NCBI RefSeq assembly: GCF_003991155.1
Contig: NZ_CP031293.1
Reading direction: 5' to 3' (one strand)
Origin: Escherichia coli
GTDB taxonomy: Bacteria > Pseudomonadota > Gammaproteobacteria > Enterobacterales > Enterobacteriaceae
DNA: 64,000 nt
Part shown: positions 9,245 to 21,743 of the stretch, one piece after another
Position numbering within the stretch: position 1 is the stretch's first letter
Layout: each line of letters begins with the position of its first letter
Translations under genes and position numbers: made by a program
Notes under the pieces: generated by a model
The model's database searches: none
What the model was told of the DNA's origin: nothing
What the model saw: only the letters and a program-made list of their open reading frames with translations

Positions 9245-9903
9245 TTGCCGAAGCGTTAAAAGCTGATGGGATGGAAGAAATTTATTTTTCTGGCGACAAA
9301 AAAGCGGAATCTATCGATATTTTTGACGAAGATTATCTGGCGCGAATTAACAAGATCAAACTTCCAGCAACGAAGATCCTGTTATTACAAAAATTACTGG
9401 AAAAAGCGATCAGCGAGTTCAGGAAAGTGAACCAGTTGCAAGGGATTAACTTCACCCGCCGCTTCCAGGCGATTATAGATCGTTATAATGAGCGGCGAGA
9501 AGATGATGTACTCAACGGTGAAGAATTCGATACATTCAGTCAGGAAATGATTGATATTATCTATGATATTAAAACCGAAATGGGCACCTGGGCCGATTTA
9601 GGCATTGATATTGAAGAAAAAGCCTTTTTCGACATTCTTGCTCATATGCGCGATAAATATCAGTTCACCTATGACGATGAAAAAATGCTGTCACTGGCAA
9701 AAGAGATGAAAAGCGTTGTTGACAACACATCGAAATATCCTGACTGGAGTAAACGCGATGATATTAAAGCGAAACTGAAAGTTGAACTTATTCTGCTTCT
9801 ACACAAGCATAAGTTCCCGCCAGTAGCGAATGATGATGTTTATATGGGTGTGCTGGCACAGGCAGAGAATTTTAAAGAACATCATATGAGTGCTTTAAAT
9901 TAA
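9241..9903 (+). pseudogene. 3' fragment of a type I R-M restriction subunit gene (hsdR C-terminal DUF3387-like domain)
   Basis: 220-aa ORF with EEKAFFDIL ... DWSKRDDIKAKLKVELILLLHKHKFPP, the conserved C-terminal domain pattern of HsdR; no helicase or nuclease domains upstream; begins in a different frame immediately at the stop of the hsdM fragment. Confidence 0.6.
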
Positions 9904-9910
9904 TTATGAA

Positions 9911-9936
9911 GGCCGGATACACTTTGTTATCCGGCC
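9911..9936 (+). terminator. Stem-loop (REP-like palindrome) after the hsdR remnant
   Basis: GGCCGGATA ... TATCCGGCC 9-bp inverted repeat; weak T-tract, so terminator function uncertain. Confidence 0.35.
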
Positions 9937-10024
9937 ATTCTGAATTAACGTTAATTTCTCTTCCAGATCTTTCCAGTAACGCTTTTATTATTTTCTATTT
10001 TTAGCTGGACTTTCCCTGTATTTA

Positions 10025-10040
10025 CTGATGATATATCCAG
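10025..10040 (+). promoter_or_regulatory. Putative LexA box (CTG-N10-CAG) in the symE promoter
   Basis: CTGATGATATATCCAG about 80 bp upstream of the symE ATG; symE is a known SOS-regulated gene. Confidence 0.55.
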
Positions 10041-10047
10041 GTATTTA

Positions 10048-10124
10048 GCGCGGTGCGAATGTGCGCCAACACACCCGCACCGCTCATCACAATCCCTATT
10101 TCACGAGAATAGTAATCATGACTG
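10048..10124 (-). ncRNA. symR: SymR-like cis-antisense sRNA overlapping the symE 5' end (position inferred)
   Basis: By analogy with K-12 symE/symR; a TAGAAT -10-like hexamer lies on the minus strand just inside the symE coding start. Exact ends not determinable from sequence alone. Confidence 0.35.
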
Positions 10125-10456
10125 ACACGCATTCTATTGCACAACCGTTCGAAGCAGAAGTCTCCCCGGCAAATAACCGTCAATTAACCGTGAGTTATGC
10201 GAGCCGCTACCCGGATTACAGCCGTATTCCCGCCATCACCCTGAAAGGTCAGTGGCTGGAAACCGCCGGTTTTGCTACCGGCACGGCGGTAGATGTCAAA
10301 GTGATGGAAGGCTGTATTGTCCTCACCGCCCAACCACCCGCCGCCGAAGAGAGCGAACTGATGCAGTCACTGCGCCAGGTGTGCAAGCTGTCGGCGCGTA
10401 AACAAAGGCAGGTGCAGGATTTTATTGGGGTGATTAGTAGCAAAACGCCACGCTAA
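10118..10456 (+). CDS. symE: SOS-induced toxin-like protein SymE
   Basis: ATG at 10118: [48 protein letters not shown]... recognised as SymE (YjiW). Confidence 0.85.
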   Translation: MTDTHSIAQPFEAEVSPANNRQLTVSYASRYPDYSRIPAITLKGQWLETAGFATGTAVDVKVMEGCIVLTAQPPAAEESELMQSLRQVCKLSARKQRQVQDFIGVISSKTPR

Positions 10457-10497
10457 GTTTCTCTCCCCTTCCCCATACGGAAAGGGGAATTGCCCCC

Positions 10498-10662
10498 TCA
10501 CTCCACATCTTCCCTGCGTAACCCAATATCCCTCAACCGCTCATCACTCATCTGCTGTAACACCCGCCGGGCCTGCATTTGCCGCCGCCAACGCCTCACT
10601 GCCTGCCAGAGTTGCACAAGTCCAATAAACGGTGCTTTAGCTTTGTTTTCGTGAAATTCCAT
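10498..10662 (-). CDS. yjiS: DUF1127 small protein YjiS
   Basis: Not in the ORF track (54 aa); minus-strand translation MEFHENKAKAPFIGLVQLWQAVRRWRRQMQARRVLQQMSDERLRDIGLRREDVE with the DUF1127 signature. Confidence 0.8.
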   Translation of the reverse strand: MEFHENKAKAPFIGLVQLWQAVRRWRRQMQARRVLQQMSDERLRDIGLRREDVE

Positions 10663-10838
10663 CTGCTGCCTCCTCATCTTTCAGAGGCTTCATCATCCGC
10701 CTTCTGGCAGCTCACAATACAGATGCAAATATTAGTTTTATTTAACATACAGACAGGTTAAAACAGCATCTGCATCCGGTTTTTTAGCCTCATCTGTACC
10801 GGTTTTTCCCTCTGTATGGTCCAAATAAGGAATACAGC

Positions 10839-12251
10839 ATGACGCGTTATCAACATCTGGCGACTCTGCTTGCCGAGCGGATTGAGCAAGGGCTGTATCG
10901 TCACGGGGAGAAATTGCCGTCGGTGCGCAGCTTGAGTCAGGAGCACGGCGTCAGTATCAGCACCGTGCAGCAGGCGTACCAGACGCTGGAGACGATGAAG
11001 CTCATCACTCCGCAGCCGCGTTCGGGTTATTTTGTCGCACAACGGAAAGCCCAGCCGCCAGTACCGCCGATGACGCGTCCGGTGCAGCGCCCGGTGGAAA
11101 TTACCCAGTGGGATCAGGTGCTGGATATGCTGGAGGCGCATAGCGACAGTTCCATTGTTCCGTTAAGTAAAAGCACGCCGGATGTCGAAACGCCCAGCCT
11201 GAAACCGCTGTGGCGGGAGCTAAGCCGGGTGGTGCAGCATAATCTGCAAACCGTTCTCGGTTATGACTTGTTAGCCGGTCAGCGAGTGTTGCGAGAGCAG
11301 ATTGCCCGCCTGATGCTCGACAGCGGCTCGGTGGTCACCGCCGATGACATCATCATTACTAGCGGCTGCCATAACTCGATGTCGCTAGCGTTAATGGCGG
11401 TGTGTAAACCGGGCGATATTGTCGCGGTCGAATCCCCCTGTTATTACGGTTCGATGCAGATGCTGCGCGGCATGGGCGTGAAAGTGATTGAAATCCCCAC
11501 CGATCCAGAAACAGGCATCAGCGTTGAAGCGCTGGAACTGGCGCTGGAGCAGTGGCCGATTAAAGGCATCATTCTGGTGCCAAACTGTAATAATCCGCTG
11601 GGATTTATTATGCCGGACGCGCGCAAACGGGCCGTTCTCTCTCTCGCTCAGCGTCATGATATTGTGATTTTTGAAGATGATGTCTACGGCGAACTGGCAA
11701 CGGAGTATCCGCGCCCGCGGACCATTCATTCCTGGGATATCGACGGGCGAGTGCTGTTGTGCAGCTCGTTCAGTAAAAGTATTGCTCCAGGCCTGCGCGT
11801 GGGTTGGGTCGCACCGGGGCGTTATCACGATAAACTGATGCATATGAAATACGCCATCAGCAGCTTTAATGTGCCGTCCACGCAAATGGCGGCGGCAACG
11901 TTTGTGCTGGAAGGTCACTATCATCGCCATATCCGGCGGATGCGGCAGATCTATCAGCGCAATTTGGCGCTTTATACCTGCTGGATACGGGAATATTTTC
12001 CCTGCGAAATCTGTATTACGCGCCCGAAAGGCGGATTTTTACTGTGGATAGAATTGCCTGAACAGGTCGATATGGTTTGCGTTGCGCGGCAGCTATACCG
12101 CATAAAAATCCAGGTGGCGGCAGGCTCGATTTTCTCAGCTTCCGGCAAATACCGTAATTGTCTGCGCATCAACTGCGCTTTGCCGCTCAGCGAAACCTAT
12201 CGCGAAGCACTGAAGCAAATTGGCGAAGCCGTGTATCGGGCAATGGAATGA
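10839..12251 (+). CDS. yjiR: MocR/GntR-family PLP-dependent transcriptional regulator
   Basis: 470 aa; N-terminal GntR-type HTH (LPSVRSLSQEHGVSISTVQQAY) plus aminotransferase-like domain. Confidence 0.85.
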   Translation: MTRYQHLATLLAERIEQGLYRHGEKLPSVRSLSQEHGVSISTVQQAYQTLETMKLITPQPRSGYFVAQRKAQPPVPPMTRPVQRPVEITQWDQVLDMLEAHSDSSIVPLSKSTPDVETPSLKPLWRELSRVVQHNLQTVLGYDLLAGQRVLREQIARLMLDSGSVVTADDIIITSGCHNSMSLALMAVCKPGDIVAVESPCYYGSMQMLRGMGVKVIEIPTDPETGISVEALELALEQWPIKGIILVPNCNNPLGFIMPDARKRAVLSLAQRHDIVIFEDDVYGELATEYPRPRTIHSWDIDGRVLLCSSFSKSIAPGLRVGWVAPGRYHDKLMHMKYAISSFNVPSTQMAAATFVLEGHYHRHIRRMRQIYQRNLALYTCWIREYFPCEICITRPKGGFLLWIELPEQVDMVCVARQLYRIKIQVAAGSIFSASGKYRNCLRINCALPLSETYREALKQIGEAVYRAME

Positions 12252-12368
12252 ATTCGAAATAGTGGCGAGCCCCCTGATTTCCTCTCACGAATAGCGTGTG
12301 ACTCGTTTTATCTTTGCAGGGTCATCTCCACGTTCCAGTATGGCTTAGGCAAATTGCGCTTCGTTCAT

Positions 12369-12467
12369 GCCGGATGCCATGTGAACGCCTTACCAGGTCT
12401 ACAAAATTTTTAAAGTTCAATATATTGAATGGGTTATGTAGACCTGATAAGCGTAGCACATCAGGCA
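12369..12467. repeat. REP/BIME-like pair of inverted palindromic units
   Basis: GCCGGATGCCATGTGAACGCCTTACCAGGTCTAC and an inverted partner GTAGACCTGATAAGCGTAGCACATCAGGCA in the yjiR-rpnD intergenic region. Confidence 0.55.
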
Positions 12468-12493
12468 GCTTTGCGTTTGTCATCGGCCTCTGA

Positions 12494-13450
12494 TTAGTAC
12501 TCGATCCATGGATCGCGCTTGCTTTCAGGCAAGGGCTGATCTAATGCCTGCATTTGCTCTGCCGAAAGTCCGGTATATCGTTGTATCCATTCAGGATCCG
12601 CCCCATTCTGCAACAACAATCGGAGGAGGCTCTTTTCCCCTTCTTCTTTCCCTTCTTTCCTCCCCCTCTCCCTTCCCAACAGCCATCCATCATTATGAAT
12701 TCGCTCTGCAATCGTCATTATTCGCTCCCTGTGTTGTGGCATTCGACGGATAAGTTCGCTGATAAACTCATTAAAACGCGCTTCATCGCCAGTCAGTAAA
12801 ATGTAATTTAACAGCGCGGTTATCTGGCTGTCATTAGCGCACCCTGTAACCAGTAATACTGCCAGTTGATCAATAAGCCCCATTAGATCGCGCTGGCGAA
12901 TATGCTTTTGGATCAACTCCAGCAGGGCGACTCTGCGATGCTGCACAATCTCGTCGTCTGGCACGACAGTGACATCCACCAGCGGGAACGCTGCGGTATA
13001 AAGCTTCCGTGCGGTAGCCGGGTCGGCAAATTCATCCAGCCAGCACAAAGACCAGGGGTAAGGACTACGGCTACCGTGATAAAACAGCATCGGGATGACC
13101 AGCGGTAGCGGCCGGCGTTTATCATGCTCGATATGGCGCTGCATCACCGCCATGGAATATCGCATCAGGCGAAAGGCCATATGGATATCCTCGCGGCTCT
13201 GATGTTCAATCACCACATAAATATAGCCATCTCCTTCGCGGGTCTTTACCGACCACAGAATATCGGAATGTAGCGCCCGCAATTTTTCATCGACAAAGCT
13301 GGCGTATTCCAGTTTTAAGCTGTCGAGATCGCACAGTTCACGTAAATCTTTGGGTAAGTGGATCTCCATAAAATCCCGCGCGGTGTCAGGGTGGGTGAGA
13401 AAAGATTTAAATAATGCGTCATGCGGCGTGCTGGTCGTGAAGTTTGTCAT
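12494..13450 (-). CDS. rpnD: Rpn-family recombination-promoting nuclease (PD-(D/E)xK, transposase_31-like)
   Basis: 318-aa intact ORF with Rpn/YhgA-like N-terminus ([26 protein letters not shown]). Confidence 0.75.
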   Translation of the reverse strand: MTNFTTSTPHDALFKSFLTHPDTARDFMEIHLPKDLRELCDLDSLKLEYASFVDEKLRALHSDILWSVKTREGDGYIYVVIEHQSREDIHMAFRLMRYSMAVMQRHIEHDKRRPLPLVIPMLFYHGSRSPYPWSLCWLDEFADPATARKLYTAAFPLVDVTVVPDDEIVQHRRVALLELIQKHIRQRDLMGLIDQLAVLLVTGCANDSQITALLNYILLTGDEARFNEFISELIRRMPQHRERIMTIAERIHNDGWLLGRERGRKEGKEEGEKSLLRLLLQNGADPEWIQRYTGLSAEQMQALDQPLPESKRDPWIEY

Positions 13451-13916
13451 GGCGATCCGTCACCTGTAGATAAGATGGCCCGACTGTAGCGACTAACAAA
13501 ACCATTCTCACCCGGCAATTTCTCGTTCCCCGAGGTGCTTTCCAGGCTATTTTTGTTCCTCTGCAAACGATACATTTTTCCGGAAACAGGCTCGCATTTT
13601 ACATTTCCTGTACCCGGCAGATATTCCCCTTTCCACCGCACTCTTTTGATTAACCGCAAATTTTAATTACACTTAAGGTGTATATTTTCTATGCAACCCA
13701 TCAATTCAAGAGGTGTAATGTGCTGATGACTATTTGTAATCGTTATACATTCTGACCTGGAGTCAGAAGGTATTTCTCTGTCTGTATGTTCACAGGCAGT
13801 GTGGTTGATTACATGAAATTCAGTACATTTGCCCGTCTCGCCTGCCTTTCGTCATTACCGACGGTATTGAATTTCGTTTTCCCCATTGGGATTCTCCGGA
13901 CAAGGAGTTGTTTGTT

Positions 13917-15149
13917 ATGCCACGTTTTTTTGCCCGCCATGCCGCCACGCTGTTTTTCCCGATGGCGTTGATTTTGTATGACTTTGCTGCGTATCTGTCG
14001 ACGGACCTGATCCAGCCAGGGATCATTAATGTGGTCCGTGATTTTAATGCCGATGTCAGTCTGGCCCCTGCTGCCGTCAGTCTCTATCTCGCTGGAGGCA
14101 TGGCATTGCAGTGGCTGCTGGGGCCGCTTTCCGACAGGATTGGCCGCAGGCCGGTGCTGATTACCGGGGCGTTAATTTTTACCCTTGCCTGCGCCGCGAC
14201 AATGTTCACCACGTCAATGACACAATTTCTTATCGCGCGTGCAATTCAGGGCACCAGTATCTGTTTTATTGCCACCGTTGGTTATGTCACGGTGCAGGAG
14301 GCGTTCGGACAGACAAAAGGGATCAAGTTGATGGCGATTATCACCTCCATCGTACTGATTGCGCCGATTATTGGCCCGCTTTCCGGCGCAGCTCTGATGC
14401 ACTTTGTGCACTGGAAAGTCCTTTTTGCCATCATTGCGGTTATGGGTTTTATCTCATTTGTCGGCTTGCTGCTGGCGATGCCAGAGACGGTGAAGCGCGG
14501 CGCGGTTCCGTTTAGCGCCAAAAGCGTCTTACGCGATTTTCGCAATGTCTTTTGCAACCGGCTGTTCCTCTTTGGCGCGGCAACCATCGCCCTCAGCTAT
14601 ATCCCAATGATGAGCTGGGTGGCTGTCTCGCCGGTGATCCTGATCGATGCGGGCGGCTTAACAACTTCGCAGTTCGCCTGGACGCAGGTTCCGGTATTCG
14701 GCGCGGTGATTGTCGCGAATGCCATCGTGGCGCGTTTCGTTAAAGATCCGACCGAACCGCGGTTTATCTGGCGTGCCGTACCCCTTCAACTGGTCGGCCT
14801 CGCGCTGTTGATTATCGGCAATCTGCTGTCGCCACACGTCTGGCTGTGGTCGGTGCTCGGCACCAGTCTGTATGCTTTCGGGATTGGTTTGATCTTCCCG
14901 ACCTTATTCCGCTTTACGCTGTTTTCCAATAACTTACCGAAAGGGACCGTCTCCGCATCGCTGAATATGGTGATCCTGATGGTGATGTCTGTCTCGGTCG
15001 AAATCGGCCGCTGGCTGTGGTTTAACGGCGGTCGCTTGCCGTTTCATCTGTTAGCCGTTGTGGCAGGCGTTATCGTCGTTTTCACCCTGGCCGGATTGCT
15101 TAATCGCGTGCGCCAACATCAGGCTGCCGAGCTGGCGGAGGAGCGGTGA
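13917..15149 (+). CDS. mdtM: MFS multidrug efflux transporter MdtM
   Basis: ATG at 13917 with AAGGAG SD; 410 aa [27 protein letters not shown]... recognised as MdtM (YjiO). Confidence 0.9.
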   Translation: MPRFFARHAATLFFPMALILYDFAAYLSTDLIQPGIINVVRDFNADVSLAPAAVSLYLAGGMALQWLLGPLSDRIGRRPVLITGALIFTLACAATMFTTSMTQFLIARAIQGTSICFIATVGYVTVQEAFGQTKGIKLMAIITSIVLIAPIIGPLSGAALMHFVHWKVLFAIIAVMGFISFVGLLLAMPETVKRGAVPFSAKSVLRDFRNVFCNRLFLFGAATIALSYIPMMSWVAVSPVILIDAGGLTTSQFAWTQVPVFGAVIVANAIVARFVKDPTEPRFIWRAVPLQLVGLALLIIGNLLSPHVWLWSVLGTSLYAFGIGLIFPTLFRFTLFSNNLPKGTVSASLNMVILMVMSVSVEIGRWLWFNGGRLPFHLLAVVAGVIVVFTLAGLLNRVRQHQAAELAEER

Positions 15150-15189
15150 TTTTTGCGCGATCCTGCCGTCAGGCTCTATTCTTAACGTT

Positions 15190-16470
15190 ATGAATAAACT
15201 CATCGAACTCAGACGCGCCAAAATGTTGGCGCTCTCTTTACTGCTTATCGCCGCTGCTACCTTTGTCGTTACGCTGTTTTTGCCGCCCAATTTTTGGGTG
15301 AGCGGCGTGAAGGCGATTGCTGAAGCGGCGATGGTCGGCGCGCTGGCTGACTGGTTTGCGGTGGTGGCGCTATTTCGCCGCGTGCCGATTCCGATCATTT
15401 CTCGTCATACGGCGATTATCCCGCGTAATAAAGACCGGATTGGCGAAAATCTCGGTCAGTTCGTGCAGGAAAAATTTCTCGATACCCAATCGCTGGTGGC
15501 ATTGATTCGACGTCACGAACCGGCGTTGTTGATTGGCAACTGGTTTAGTCAGCCAGAAAACGCCCGCCGCGTTGGTCAGCATCTGTTGCAGATCATGAGT
15601 GGTTTTCTTGAACTGACCGATGATGCGCGTATTCAGCGCCTGCTTAAGCGCGCGGTCCACCGGGCGATTGATAAGGTTGATCTTTCTGGCACCAGTGCGT
15701 TGATGCTGGAGAGTATGACCAAAAACGATCGTCATCAGGTGCTGCTCGATACGCTGATCGCACAGTTGATCGCCCTTCTCCAGCGCGATAAATCGCGCAA
15801 GTTTATCGCCCAGCAGATTGTTCGCTGGCTGGAGAGTGAGCATCCACTGAAAGCCAAAATTCTCCCCACTGAATGGCTGGGCGAACATAGCGCGGAGTTA
15901 GTTTCTGACGCGGTGAATTCTTTGCTTGATGATATTAGTCGCGATCGTGCGCATCAGATCCGCCATGCATTTGATCGCGCCACTTTTGCCCTGATCGACA
16001 AGTTGAAAAACGATCCTGAAATGGCAGCGCGAGCCGATGCCGTAAAAAGCTATCTGAAAGAAGATGAAGCTTTTAACCGCTATCTCAGTGAATTGTGGGG
16101 GGATTTGCGGGAATGGCTGAAAGCGGATATCAACAGTGAAGATTCTCGTGTGAAAGAACGCATCGCACGAGCGGGTCAATGGTTTGGCGAAACGTTAATT
16201 GCCGATGATGCCTTGCGGGCGTCGTTAAATGGTCACCTGGAACAAGCCGCGCACCGCGTCGCGCCTGAGTTTTCCGCATTCCTGACGCGCCACATCAGCG
16301 ATACGGTAAAAAGCTGGGATGCCAGGGATATGTCGCGGCAAATCGAGTTAAATATCGGCAAAGATCTGCAGTTTATTCGTGTTAACGGTACGCTGGTTGG
16401 CGGATGTATTGGGCTGATTTTATATTTGCTGTCGCAGCTCCCGGCCTTGTTCCCCCTCGGCAATTTTTAG
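15190..16470 (+). CDS. yjiN: DUF445 inner-membrane protein YjiN
   Basis: 426 aa from ATG 15190 ([25 protein letters not shown]...). Confidence 0.8.
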   Translation: MNKLIELRRAKMLALSLLLIAAATFVVTLFLPPNFWVSGVKAIAEAAMVGALADWFAVVALFRRVPIPIISRHTAIIPRNKDRIGENLGQFVQEKFLDTQSLVALIRRHEPALLIGNWFSQPENARRVGQHLLQIMSGFLELTDDARIQRLLKRAVHRAIDKVDLSGTSALMLESMTKNDRHQVLLDTLIAQLIALLQRDKSRKFIAQQIVRWLESEHPLKAKILPTEWLGEHSAELVSDAVNSLLDDISRDRAHQIRHAFDRATFALIDKLKNDPEMAARADAVKSYLKEDEAFNRYLSELWGDLREWLKADINSEDSRVKERIARAGQWFGETLIADDALRASLNGHLEQAAHRVAPEFSAFLTRHISDTVKSWDARDMSRQIELNIGKDLQFIRVNGTLVGGCIGLILYLLSQLPALFPLGNF

Positions 16471-16585
16471 AAATCCATGAAAAACTAAGTGGCTAACCGC
16501 GAGAGAGATCAAATAAACCATACTAAAAGAATGGTAATAATGTGGCCTCTTTTCATTATCTCCCGTGGTACGGGGAAGGAAAATC

Positions 16586-17737
16586 ATGTCACTTGTCACC
16601 GATCTACCCGCTATTTTCGATCAGTTCTCTGAAGCTCGCCAGAAAGGCTTTCTCACCGTCATGGATCTCAAGGAGCGCGGCATTCCGCTGGTTGGCACTT
16701 ACTGCACCTTTATGCCGCAAGAGATCCCGATGGCAGCCGGTGCGGTTGTGGTTTCGCTCTGTTCCACCTCTGATGAAACCATTGAAGAAGCGGAGAAAGA
16801 TCTGCCGCGCAACCTCTGCCCGCTGATTAAAAGCAGCTACGGCTTTGGCAAAACCGATAAATGCCCCTACTTCTACTTTTCGGATCTGGTGGTCGGTGAA
16901 ACCACCTGCGACGGCAAAAAGAAAATGTATGAATACATGGCGGAGTTTAAGCCCGTGCATGTGATGCAATTGCCCAACAGCGTTAAGGACGATGCCTCGC
17001 GTGCATTATGGAAAGCTGAGATGCTGCGCTTACAAAAAGCGGTAGAGGAACGTTTTGGACACGAGATTAGCGAAGATGCTCTGCGCGATGCCATTGTGCT
17101 GAAAAACCGCGAACGTCGCGCACTGGCTAATTTTTATCATCTTGGGCAGTTAAATCCTCCGGCGCTTAGCGGCAGCGACATTCTGAAAGTGGTCTACGGC
17201 GCAACCTTCCGGTTCGATAAAGAGGCGTTGGTTGACGAACTGGATGCAATGACCGCCCGCGTTCGTCAGCAGTGGGAAGAAGGCCAGCGACTGGACCCGC
17301 GTCCACGCATTTTAATCACCGGCTGCCCAATTGGCGGCGCAGCAGAGAAAGTGGTGCGCGCGATTGAAGAGAATGGCGGCTGGGTTGTCGGTTATGAAAA
17401 CTGCACTGGGGCGAAAGCGACCGAGCAATGCGTGGCGGAAACGGGCGATGTCTACGACGCGCTGGCGGATAAATATCTGGCGATTGGCTGCTCCTGTGTT
17501 TCGCCGAACGATCAGCGCCTGCAAATGCTCAGCCAGATGGTTGAAGAATATCAGGTCGATGGCGTAGTTGATGTGATTTTGCAGGCGTGCCATACCTACG
17601 CGGTGGAATCGCTGGCGATTAAACGTCATGTGCGTCAGCAGCACAACATTCCTTATATCGCTATTGAAACAGACTACTCCACCTCAGATGTCGGGCAGCT
17701 CAGCACCCGTGTCGCGGCCTTTATTGAGATGCTGTAA
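16586..17737 (+). CDS. yjiM: 2-hydroxyglutaryl-CoA dehydratase D-component-like protein YjiM
   Basis: 383 aa from ATG 16586 (MSLVTDLPAIFDQF...) with SD GGAAGGA. Confidence 0.8.
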   Translation: MSLVTDLPAIFDQFSEARQKGFLTVMDLKERGIPLVGTYCTFMPQEIPMAAGAVVVSLCSTSDETIEEAEKDLPRNLCPLIKSSYGFGKTDKCPYFYFSDLVVGETTCDGKKKMYEYMAEFKPVHVMQLPNSVKDDASRALWKAEMLRLQKAVEERFGHEISEDALRDAIVLKNRERRALANFYHLGQLNPPALSGSDILKVVYGATFRFDKEALVDELDAMTARVRQQWEEGQRLDPRPRILITGCPIGGAAEKVVRAIEENGGWVVGYENCTGAKATEQCVAETGDVYDALADKYLAIGCSCVSPNDQRLQMLSQMVEEYQVDGVVDVILQACHTYAVESLAIKRHVRQQHNIPYIAIETDYSTSDVGQLSTRVAAFIEML

Positions 17738-17746
17738 GGAGTGGCA

Positions 17747-18514
<768 letters not shown>

Positions 18515-18697
18515 AAGAGTTTTTATTTTTATTTCACTCCACAGTCGGCGTCATACAAACCCGCAAAGCGTTGCAGGCAGCGGGCATGACTTTTCGCGTC
18601 AGCGATATTCCCCGTGATTTACGCGGCGGCTGCGGGTTATGCATTTGGCTGACCTGTCCCCCCGGCGAGGAAATACAATGGGTGATCCCTGGGCTGA

Positions 18698-19693
<996 letters not shown>

Positions 19694-19760
19694 CAGGCTG
19701 GCATATTTCACCTTTTTGTTATTAACTTGTTAACAACAAAAATGACATACAAGGTTAAAC

Positions 19761-20939
19761 ATGCCTTCGTCCTCGCATCCCGTAGAACGCTTTTCTTTCA
19801 GCACCGCGCTTTTCGGGATGCTGGTTCTGACCCTAGGTATGGGATTAGGTCGCTTCCTTTATACGCCTATGTTGCCCGTCATGATGGCGGAAGGGGCGTT
19901 TTCATTTAGCCAGCTCTCGTGGATTGCCAGCGGCAACTATGCGGGGTATCTGGCTGGCAGTCTGCTATTTTCGTTTGGCGCATTTCACCAGCCGTCGCGC
20001 CTACGCCCATTTCTGTTGGTTTCTGCCCTGGCGAGCGGGTTGTTGATCCTCGCAATGGCATGGTTGCCGCCATTTATTCTGGTGTTATTGATTCGCTTCC
20101 TGGCGGGTGTCGCCAGCGCCGGTATGCTGATTTTTGGTTCGACGCTGATTATGCAGCACACGCGCCATCCTTTTGTGCTGGCAGCTTTGTTTTCTGGCGT
20201 TGGCATTGGCATTGCACTGGGCAACGAATATGTTCTGGCAGGCCTGCATTTTGCCTTATCCTCGCAAACGTTATGGCAAGGCGCCGGGGCGCTTTCTGGC
20301 ATGATGCTGATTGCACTTACGCTTTTAATGCCCTCGAAAAAACACGCCATCGCACCAATGCCATTGGCAAAAACGGAGCAACAGATAATGAGCTGGTGGT
20401 TACTGGCTATTCTGTACGGCCTGGCGGGATTTGGTTATATCATCGTCGCGACTTACCTGCCGCTCATGGCGAAAGATGCAGGCTCACCATTGTTAACCGC
20501 CCATCTCTGGACGTTAGTCGGCTTATCAATTGTGCCAGGCTGCTTTAGCTGGCTATGGGCAGCAAAACGTTGGGGGGCTTTGCCTTGCCTGACGGCGAAT
20601 TTGCTGGTGCAGGCTATCAGTGTGCTGCTTACTCTCGCCAGCGACTCTCCTCTCTTGCTTATCATTAGTAGTATCGGTTTTGGCGGTACCTTTATGGGCA
20701 CGACATCTCTGGTGATGACTATCGCCCGCCAACTGAGCGTTCCGGGAAATCTCAATCTTTTAGGCTTTGTGACGCTCATTTACGGCATTGGACAAATCCT
20801 CGGCCCGGCGCTGACCAGTATGCTCGGCAATGGAACATCGGCGCTTGCCGGCGCCACTCTCTGCGGCGCGGCGGCGTTGTTTATTGCTGCGCTTATCAGC
20901 ACAGTACAATTATTTAAGCTGCAAGTGGTCACTTCATGA
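19761..20939 (+). CDS. yjiJ: MFS-type transporter YjiJ
   Basis: 392-aa polytopic membrane protein. Confidence 0.8.
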   Translation: MPSSSHPVERFSFSTALFGMLVLTLGMGLGRFLYTPMLPVMMAEGAFSFSQLSWIASGNYAGYLAGSLLFSFGAFHQPSRLRPFLLVSALASGLLILAMAWLPPFILVLLIRFLAGVASAGMLIFGSTLIMQHTRHPFVLAALFSGVGIGIALGNEYVLAGLHFALSSQTLWQGAGALSGMMLIALTLLMPSKKHAIAPMPLAKTEQQIMSWWLLAILYGLAGFGYIIVATYLPLMAKDAGSPLLTAHLWTLVGLSIVPGCFSWLWAAKRWGALPCLTANLLVQAISVLLTLASDSPLLLIISSIGFGGTFMGTTSLVMTIARQLSVPGNLNLLGFVTLIYGIGQILGPALTSMLGNGTSALAGATLCGAAALFIAALISTVQLFKLQVVTS

Positions 20940-20951
20940 GGAGTGTTTCCC

Positions 20952-21506
20952 TTACCACTCAAGAAATTCGACCGCAACCGTTGATGTCAGCCAGACTCCG
21001 TTTTCCGCTTGCCAGAAAGGGATGCCTCGTTTCGCCATTTCCTGTGCTTTGACGGTTAAGATAACCGGCGATCCGTGTCTTGCTCCCACTTTGCGTGCCG
21101 TTGCTTCATCAGCAGAGAGATGCACGTAATGACGCTCCCCTGCAATCAGCCCCTGTTTTTTTATCTCGTCAAGGAAACGGCTTGCCGTACCGTGGTAAAG
21201 AAACTGTGGCGGTGTTTTTTCGGCAAAGGAAATAGCGACCTGCGAAGTCGAATGCCCCTGAACCGCGCGGATGCACCTACCATCACTGGAATAACTAAAA
21301 CGCTTTTTATCACTGGTGGCGACCACGGTATCCAGCAATGTACGGGTTAATCGCTTGCCCGCTTTTTGGGCACAAAGTATGAGCTTATCGATATCCGCCC
21401 ATCCTTCACGGTCAAGTACGATACCAATCGCCTCCGGTTTGTGTCGGAGGACAAAACTTAAAAACTTGCTCGTATCCGCCAGCTCTTTTTCGTTGTACTT
21501 TGCCAT
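20952..21506 (-). CDS. kptA: RNA 2'-phosphotransferase (Tpt1/KptA)
   Basis: 184 aa from ATG 21506 ([25 protein letters not shown]...). Confidence 0.85.
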   Translation of the reverse strand: MAKYNEKELADTSKFLSFVLRHKPEAIGIVLDREGWADIDKLILCAQKAGKRLTRTLLDTVVATSDKKRFSYSSDGRCIRAVQGHSTSQVAISFAEKTPPQFLYHGTASRFLDEIKKQGLIAGERHYVHLSADEATARKVGARHGSPVILTVKAQEMAKRGIPFWQAENGVWLTSTVAVEFLEW

Positions 21507-21743
21507 CTCGTTTTCGTCCCTGGATTTTCTGTTTTTATTTACTGATGTCATTGTCACTGGGTTTATGAATTTTCTGCAACTCAATCCTGCGCAGAGCCTT
21601 TTCCACACAGCGTAATTTTTCCGCTATGCAAAAAACGCATAGCCAGAAACATACTTGCATTTTCCCCATACCCACATGGCTGATAAGGTTTTTCCGCTCC
21701 AGGAATTTTCCTGGCTCAAGCAACACACAAACACAAAAAAACA

